DNA from: the human T2T-CHM13v2.0 reference genome, Homo sapiens
Assembly: GCF_009914755.1 (NCBI RefSeq)
Contig: NC_060927.1
Direction: 5' to 3' (one strand)
Length of the DNA: 64,000 nt
Shown piece after piece: positions 55,486 through 64,000 of this stretch. The first letter of the stretch is position 1. Each line of letters starts with the position of its first letter. The translations under genes and the position numbers were made by a program. Under the pieces are notes generated by a model, which searched no databases, was not told the origin of the DNA, and was given only the letters and a program-made list of their open reading frames with translations.

Positions 55486-56025
55486 TCCTAGAGAATTCTC
55501 TGCTGTGTCATGGAATTTGAAGCTATTACACATCAAAAGAACAAAGGAGGAATTACTTATGGTTAGACTAGAAACAGAAGAGTCTTCCTTTTAAACAGAT
55601 AAAGGGTTTCTTTTATTTGTTTGTTTAGCCTTAGATGTAGCTTGAAAGCAGTCTAAAAGGTAGTGCCCTAGAGAATGTGACAGTAGCCTACTTAGGATTC
55701 TTTTCAGTACCTTTTGTCAACATGTGACTCAGGGTCTCTGCCTCTTGGCTGAAGGTTGCTGCCTGCCTGCTGCTGCTGTTTTGTTGTCTAATGAAGTTGG
55801 AAAATGATTCTAAGAATCTTTTTTTCTCCTAGGACACTAGTTAAATTGTTTATTTTATTAAAATAAGTTTTTTGCCCTGGTCTATTACTTCCCATCAAGT
55901 GATCTGGTTGCCTGGTGAACCTCCCGTAGATGGTTGTGTTTGATAAGCAGAAGTGGGAAGTTGACCTCCTTTCATTTTATGAAACATGAACAGATTTCAG
56001 ATTTCTCCAAAGCTAAGGTGTAACA

Positions 56026-56514
56026 TGTAGGGGTCCGTCCCGCAGACCCTGACCCAATGACGGATGAATAACTTACACTGACACAGATGTTATGCTTGTC
56101 AGTCCAGCTGAGAGTCCGGGCCACTTACAGACTCCCAGGAGAGTGCTGTAAAGCGTTGCAACCATCGGCCTCAACTAGCCAACGAAGCTTGCATTTATTT
56201 AGTATAGATTAATTGACAAAGGCTTGAGTCAACACACCTGTGGGTAATTCACCTGGTCGCCCCCACCCTGGAGAGGGCCATCTTGCCCACCAATGATCAA
56301 AGGTTAGTCTTAGGACCACATGAGTAAACAAGCTCTTTAGATAAACTACTTTATATTCCTTTGTATCTGTACCTTAAGCTCTCTGGCTCCTGAAAAGAGA
56401 ATCTGGCTACCTTCAGCCAAACTTTGAAGCTATGCAAAACTCCCCGGCCTTCCAAGCAGGTTTGCTTTTTTCTATTCCTATAATTTCTTCTGCCATCCTG
56501 ACTGAACCCCCACA
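56026..56514 (-). mobile_element. LTR22-family (HML-5/HERV-K22) solo LTR
   Basis: TG...CA termini; the minus strand starts TGTGGGGGTTCAGTCAGGATGG; TSD only imperfect. Confidence 0.72.
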
Positions 56515-57065
56515 TCTACATAAATTTATTGTGATTGGCCCTCTATTTCTGGGCTTCTAGAGTCGTTATATAAGAGTATTAAAGACATTCTGTTGGTATA
56601 GCAATATCTTTCCAGCACATTGTTCAATTCCAGACATGCTTTAGTATCTTTTTGTTTTAGACACTGTTTCTAATATCCTTTCCTTTTCCCATTGAGACTA
56701 TTAAAATACAGAGAGTACCTGTATGTGTGTTATGTAAAAACAAATGGCATTGAACAGATTTTTAGGATTTTATGTTTATTTTGAATGATCTAATGTGGCT
56801 CTATCTCAAGTTCTGCTTAATCGTTTTTGTGTTTTTCCTTTAACTTTTTACTCTATACTCCTATCATATATGAAACTTTAATATATTTCTCTAAACTCTT
56901 AACGTTTCCAAGTTGAAGAATATGACTAGGCCTTAGACACAACAGGAACCAGGAATACTCTTGCTAGATATGTTATCTCTCACCCTTCTTTTTATATTTT
57001 TTTCTTATTTTATATTTCTTATTTCAGAATGTTTTTTCTTTATGTGTTAAGAAATATAATTCCTG

Positions 57066-57361
57066 GGCCGGGCGTGGTGGCTCACGCCTGTAATCCCAGC
57101 ACTTTGGGAGGCCGAGGCAGGTGGATCACGAGGTCAGGAGATCAAGACCATCCTGGCTAACAAGGTGAAACCCCATCTCTACTAAAAATACAAAAAGTTA
57201 GCCAGGCGTGGTGGCGGGCCCCTGTAGTCCCAGCTACTCGGGAGGCTGAGGCAGGAGAATGGCGGGAACCCAGGAGGCGGAGCTTGCAGTGGAGCTGTGA
57301 TCGCGCCACCGCACTCCAACCTGGGCGACAGAGCGAGACTCCGTCAAAAAAAAAAAAAAAA
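57066..57361 (+). mobile_element. AluY
   Basis: TSD aagaaata(t/g)aattcctg. Confidence 0.94.
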
Positions 57362-59274
57362 GAAATAGAATTCCTGGGCTCAGTTTCTTACAACTTCAGA
57401 CACTAGTGATAGACTGATTCTCAGGGAGCCGAGTCTGGCTTAGCTGCTCAGGTGGCTGCCCCTGCACCAGTTGCTGGAGGGTGTGTGGGAAGCTGTGCTG
57501 ACCTGGCTTGAGTTAGGTGCCCACCTCGGACCAGTCATCTGTGACCATAGTCGTGTAAGAAAATGGCATCTTTCCCAACTATCTGCATAGAGGAAAGGTG
57601 AGGGAAGTTTCCAAAAGTAGGATGCTGAGCAGATTTTTTTAAAAGAAAGAACACATATAATCATAGTACATTAAATTGTAAACTACTAGTTTATCGTTAA
57701 CTAATAAATAATTTCTCCTGTATGTAGGGTATTCCGTTAGAAGCCAAGGGACATAAAGAAACGTTGAGTGCACGACCTCAAATTACTCAAAGTCTAGTGA
57801 AAATTGAGAGAGAGGTAATTTATGATAGACGTATTAATAATTGTGTTTCAGTAAAGAGAATCCAGGCTTAACAGTTTCCTTTCCCTCTGCTCCTGTCCAT
57901 AACCAGCATTCCCTTCCCTCTCACTGTGACCAGATCTCTTTTAAGTTACATGCCTAGAGAGGAGATGGACATTTGAGCATAAATCCCTCATTACTAGTTA
58001 AATAAGTATTATTGTGTTTCCTACCAATACTAAACTAGTAGTATCTTTGTAAACAAAGAAGAGCATACGGTAACATTTCCAGTTTTATATGTATAGACTT
58101 ATCAAACAGCATGATTTTTAACTCTTTGATATTAGAAGAATCTTCTGGTTAAACACAGCATGTTGACCACATACAGAAGCATTCTATTTACTCTCCCTCC
58201 CAAGACCCAACTAAAATGACAGAAAAAAATATATATATATATACACACACACACACGGTCAAAGAGAAAAAGAGAGGAGACAGTATTGTGAAAGAGGCTT
58301 CAGTACACATTTGGAAGGCAGAAGTGGTGGAAAATTGGCACCTGACTCAGCAGGACAGAGAAACACATAACCTAAGCGTTTGCAGAGGGGAATCTGTGAG
58401 AAGGGAAACAAGTTTCCCTTGTAGAAATTCCGGAAGCTCAAGATTTAGAGGCACACGACACTGTGTCGGAGTGGGGGTAGGATGCACTACACATGCTGAG
58501 GAGAAGGGGGATTAGTTGAAAATCAACATCGAAAGTGTCAAAGGCCCCCCAGGACTCCTCCTTTACACCCCACACATCCATGTAAGTGTTATCCCCATCC
58601 TCCGGAAGGAAAAAAGAATAAACTGGGATTTACATTTATTTCCAGAGAATTTAAACCACAGAAGCCTCTGTTCTTATCAGGGGAGTCAGGAAAAGTTGAA
58701 GCACCAGAATAAAGCAGGTGACTTCATGCAAGTCAGCATTTTCAACTCCTTTCCCCATCCTGCTTTCAGAATACCTGCAGCCTGACTCACAGCCTCAGAC
58801 AGGAGATTGGAAGATTTTTCTCTGGATAAACAATGGCCTGGGGAAAAAAATACTTTAGGTACCTTGCATGCATGCTGTCCTTATCTTTAGTGTTAAGGTT
58901 GGCTTAACTCCCAGTTAGCTTTTTAATACTTTCTATATGAGTAGACAGTACAGGATCACCCGACATTTATGAAAAACCCTTTATAAATGAGAGGGAGAGT
59001 CCAAAACAATAGGGATAAAAACAGGAACTTAAAAGAAATAGACAGTGTAAGGAGAAAAAAAACCCCAAACTGCAGCCTGTGCATACACACATACTGTATA
59101 ATCGTCAAAGAGAGGAGATAGAGGAATCCATGAAACAAGAAAAGAGTTCGCAGAGAAAGAATGATCAGAGAACAATGGAAAACAGTTCTTGGAATATCAA
59201 CATTTAAAATTACCAAAACAAACAAAAGATAGCAATAGAAAGAAGAGTGGAAGATAATCAAGAAAATTCTCCCT

Positions 59275-59580
<306 letters not shown>

Positions 59581-60597
59581 TCAAAGAATTAAACAGAAAT
59601 ACAAAGATGGAAAATATGAGAGAAAAGATAACAGTTAAAAGATCTGACTAATGACAATTAAGTGGAGGACATAGTGACTTCTAGCTCTAAAATGGTGGTG
59701 TAGAAGCACACTGGCTTCACTCACTCTGCCCTGCCACCACAGAAAACCAAGAACATACAGCACTAAGATGATCACCAGCAACATCCAAGAACTCAGATAT
59801 GAGAAGGAGACAGTTCCCAGGGGCACAGAGAAATGAAAGAACTCCAGGCATGCTGTAAGAATCGGACTTCCGTATCTGCAACACCCGTTCCCCCTGTCCG
59901 CCTGGCGCCAAGTGTGGGAAAATCTCCCCCAATTCACAGTGTCTACACAGGAAAAAGTGAGATTGAAGAAGACAGCCACCTTCTCCACCATCTTGGGTTC
60001 CCTGGCAGGAGGCCTGTCCCTGCCTTAGCCCACAGGTGGCATAGGGAGAGCTACCCTGAGGACAGCCAGAGGCAGAGGAGGGAGGCGGGATTAGTGTTCC
60101 CAGCCTTGGAAACCCTGCTGTATAACTCAGCCAAAGGGGATGCCAAATAGAGCAGCTGTTCAGCAACACCATGTTGTAGGAGGTTTATTCCACAGGACCC
60201 TTGGCAGGAACCCTGAGCCACCCTTCCTGTACTGCTACCAGAATATCCCCTTGGGGACTCCTCTCTCCCATTTAGGATGGGCTGCACTCTGCTAGAACCC
60301 AGGCAAACCTGGGCTTATGGTGCCATTTAGTGCTGGAAAGGAGGCAGCAACCTAGGCTCGGGGGTGAGGAAAAGAAAGAAAATCAACAGGTAAATTACAG
60401 AGACTCTCTAAGCAAACATATCCAATAAAAACCAGACTAAATATCCTCATACTTCTTTGAAAAATGGCTTAAAATTTTCCAAATTTAATGAAAACTGTAA
60501 ACCCACAGATTCAAGAAATTTAACAACATTTGAGCATAGGAAACATGAAAACTACACCAAGGCTTACTGTAATCAAATTGTTTAAAACCAGTGTTAG

Positions 60598-60917
60598 GGC
60601 TGGGCACAGTGGCTCATGCCTCCAATCCTAGGATTTTGGGAGGCCAGTGTGGGAGGATCACTTGAGCCCAGGAGTTCAAGACCAGCCTGGGCAACATGGC
60701 AAAATCCCATCTCTACAAAAAAAAAAAAGAAAAAAAGAAAAATTATCTGGGCAGGGTGGTGTGCACCTGTACTCCCAGGACTTGGTAGGCTGAGGCAGGA
60801 GGATTGCTTGAGCCCAGAGGTTGAGGCCGCAGTGAGCTGAGATCGCACCACTGCACTCCGGCCTGGGTGTCAGAGCGAGACCCTGTTTCAAACCAAAAAC
60901 AACAACAACAACAAAAA
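60598..60917 (+). mobile_element. AluJ
   Basis: gaggatcacttgagcccaggag diagnostics. Confidence 0.9.
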
Positions 60918-61282
60918 CACAGTGATAGAGAAAATTTTAAAAGCTACCAGAAAAAAAATGAAAGACTCATTATATATATAGGACGAAGATAGAGTGATCC
61001 CAGACTTTATCTAAGTAACAGTGCAAGCCAGAAGACAAGGGACAACATCTTTAAAGTATTTAAAGGGAAAAAAATCTATCAGCCTAGAATTCTATACTAT
61101 TGAAAGTGTCTTTCCAAAACAAAGGAGGACACAGAATTTTAAATGCGTAAAAGCTGAACGAGTGTATCGTCAGCAGACAGACTACAAAAAATGTTAAACT
61201 AAGCCCTTCAGGCAGAAGGAAGGTGATGTCAGATGGAAATGTGGACTCACAGGAAAGAATGAAAAGCACTGGATGTGGCACC

Positions 61283-61621
61283 TCCGTGGTTCTGGACCTT
61301 TTTGGCACCCGGGATTGGTTTCGCGGAAGGTAGTTTTTCCACAGACCCAGTGGTGCGGGGGAATGGTTTCGAGATGAAACTGTTCCATCTGAGGTCATCA
61401 GACATTAGATTCTCATAAGAAGCGCACAACCTGGATCCCTCGCGTGTGCAGTCCACAGTAGGGCTCACGCTATGCGGTCCAACGCGGCTGCTGATCTGAC
61501 AGGAGGCGGAGCTCGGGCGGTGATGCTCACTCACCTGCCACTCAGTTCCTGCCGTGCAGCCGGTTCCTAACAAGCCTCGGACTCTGGTACCAGTTTGTGG
61601 CCTGGGGGCTGGGGACCCTTG
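61283..61621. mobile_element. MER1B
   Basis: acctttttggcacc ... cattagattctcataag ... ggggacccttg. Confidence 0.85.
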
Positions 61622-62606
61622 TGGTATGCGTTCTTTCTTATCTAAATTTCTTTGAAAGATAATTGTTTTGAGTTTTTAAGAAAACAAAGCACTGATACAC
61701 CTTGTAACATGGATGAATCCCAAAAACATTAAGTAACAAAAGTCATTCGCAAAAGACTGCATATTGTATGGTCCCATTTATATTAATGAGCAGAACAGGC
61801 AAAAGCTATGGAGACAAAGTAGATTGGTGGTTGCCTGAGGTTTGGGGTGGGGCAAGGGCTGAAATGGGGAGTCATTGCCATTAGGTGCAAGGTTTCTTCT
61901 GGGTATGATAAAAATGTTCTAAAGTTAGATTGTGATTATGATTGCACAACTCTAAATATACTAAAACCCATTGAAGTGTACAATTTCAACAGGTGAACAT
62001 GATAGTATATGAAGAGTTCTAGCTTAAGAAACAACTGAGTAGATAAAAGGGAATCTCAAAATACTTAGTCCAGAAGAAGGCAGAAAAGATTGATAAAAAC
62101 GGACCTACCTACAAGAAATCTACTTTAAAACATAAAGCCACAAAATAGGCCAAAATGAAAGGATACAAAAAGGTGTGTTAACAATTAAAAGAAACCTGGA
62201 CTGGCTGTATAAACAGCAGACAAACTAGAGTTTAGAGCTAAAAAATACTATCAGTGATAATAAGGAAGGTTGTTATTTCGTGATAATAGGACCAGTTCAT
62301 TAAGATGATATAATAGAACTAAATATTTATGTACCTAATAACAGCTTCAAAATTCACAAAGCAAAAACTGAGAGGATTTCAAGAAGAAACAGACAAATTC
62401 AATTATAATCGGAGATTCCAAAACTTCTCTCAGTAATTGGTAGAAAAAGTAGACATAAAATCGCTAAGGATATAAAAAATTTGAACGTAACTATCAGCCA
62501 ACTTGACCTAATAGACGTTTATAGAACACTCCACACAATAACAGTAGAATATACATTCTCTTTAAAGACACATGAGGTCTACTTTTAAAAATTCTCAAAA
62601 ATGTTG

Positions 62607-63194
<588 letters not shown>

Positions 63195-63621
63195 AGGATT
63201 TAAATTATATAAAGTGTGTTCTTGTGATCATAATATAATTCAATTAGAAATCAGTCACAAGAAGGTCTCTGGAAATATTTGGAAAGTAAAGAAAGCACTT
63301 CACAAATAAAAAGATATTTAGAAAATATATTAAGCCGAATGAAAATTCAAAACATCAATATTTGTAGGATACTGCTAAAGCAGTACTTAGTGGAAAACTT
63401 ATAGTATTAAACACCATATTAGAAGAAAAGATTTTAAATCAATGACTTTAGCTAAGCCATCTTAATAAACTAGAAGGGAAGAGCAGATGAAATCCAAAGT
63501 AAGTAGAAGAAAGGAAATAATAAAAAGCAAAATGGGAATAAATGAAATAGGGGGAAAAAGCAGCAGAGAAAATCACTGCAACCAAAAGTAGATTCATTTA
63601 GAATGTCAATAAAATGGATAA

Positions 63622-64000
<379 letters not shown>

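Noticed and set aside
59635-60287. GC-richer segment with 78-151 aa ORFs
   Set aside because: It resembles an old L1 5' UTR inside the L1 mosaic, with no protein family resemblance.

Overview
This is human (primate) genomic DNA covering the 5' part of PAK2 (p21-activated kinase 2, 3q29) on the + strand. It has a CpG-island promoter and non-coding exon 1 (donor after 5534), a 42.5 kb intron 1 (5535-48047), the first coding exon (48048-48255; ATG at 48069, MSDNGELEDKPPAPPVRMSS...) and about 15.7 kb of intron 2. The first ~1.4 kb is probably the 3' UTR of the upstream gene PIGX, an assignment from recalled gene order only. The rest is dense interspersed repeat: about 60 Alus by hand count, old L1/L2/MIR, hAT and mariner fossils, and solo LTRs (LTR10, THE1 x2, LTR22). 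It also holds a full-length antisense SVA inside an Alu, a U6/L1PA2 chimeric retrocopy and a 3'-truncated tailless U4 retrocopy. I found no new protein-coding system; nearly all listed ORFs are repeat or GC artefacts. The structures least explained by annotation are template-switch-like scars. The largest is an ~86 bp inverted copy of local unique DNA placed inside an AluJ, with several 30-60 bp duplication/fold-back motifs nearby. Repeat subfamily calls come from memory of consensus sequences, and boundaries of old repeats are approximate.
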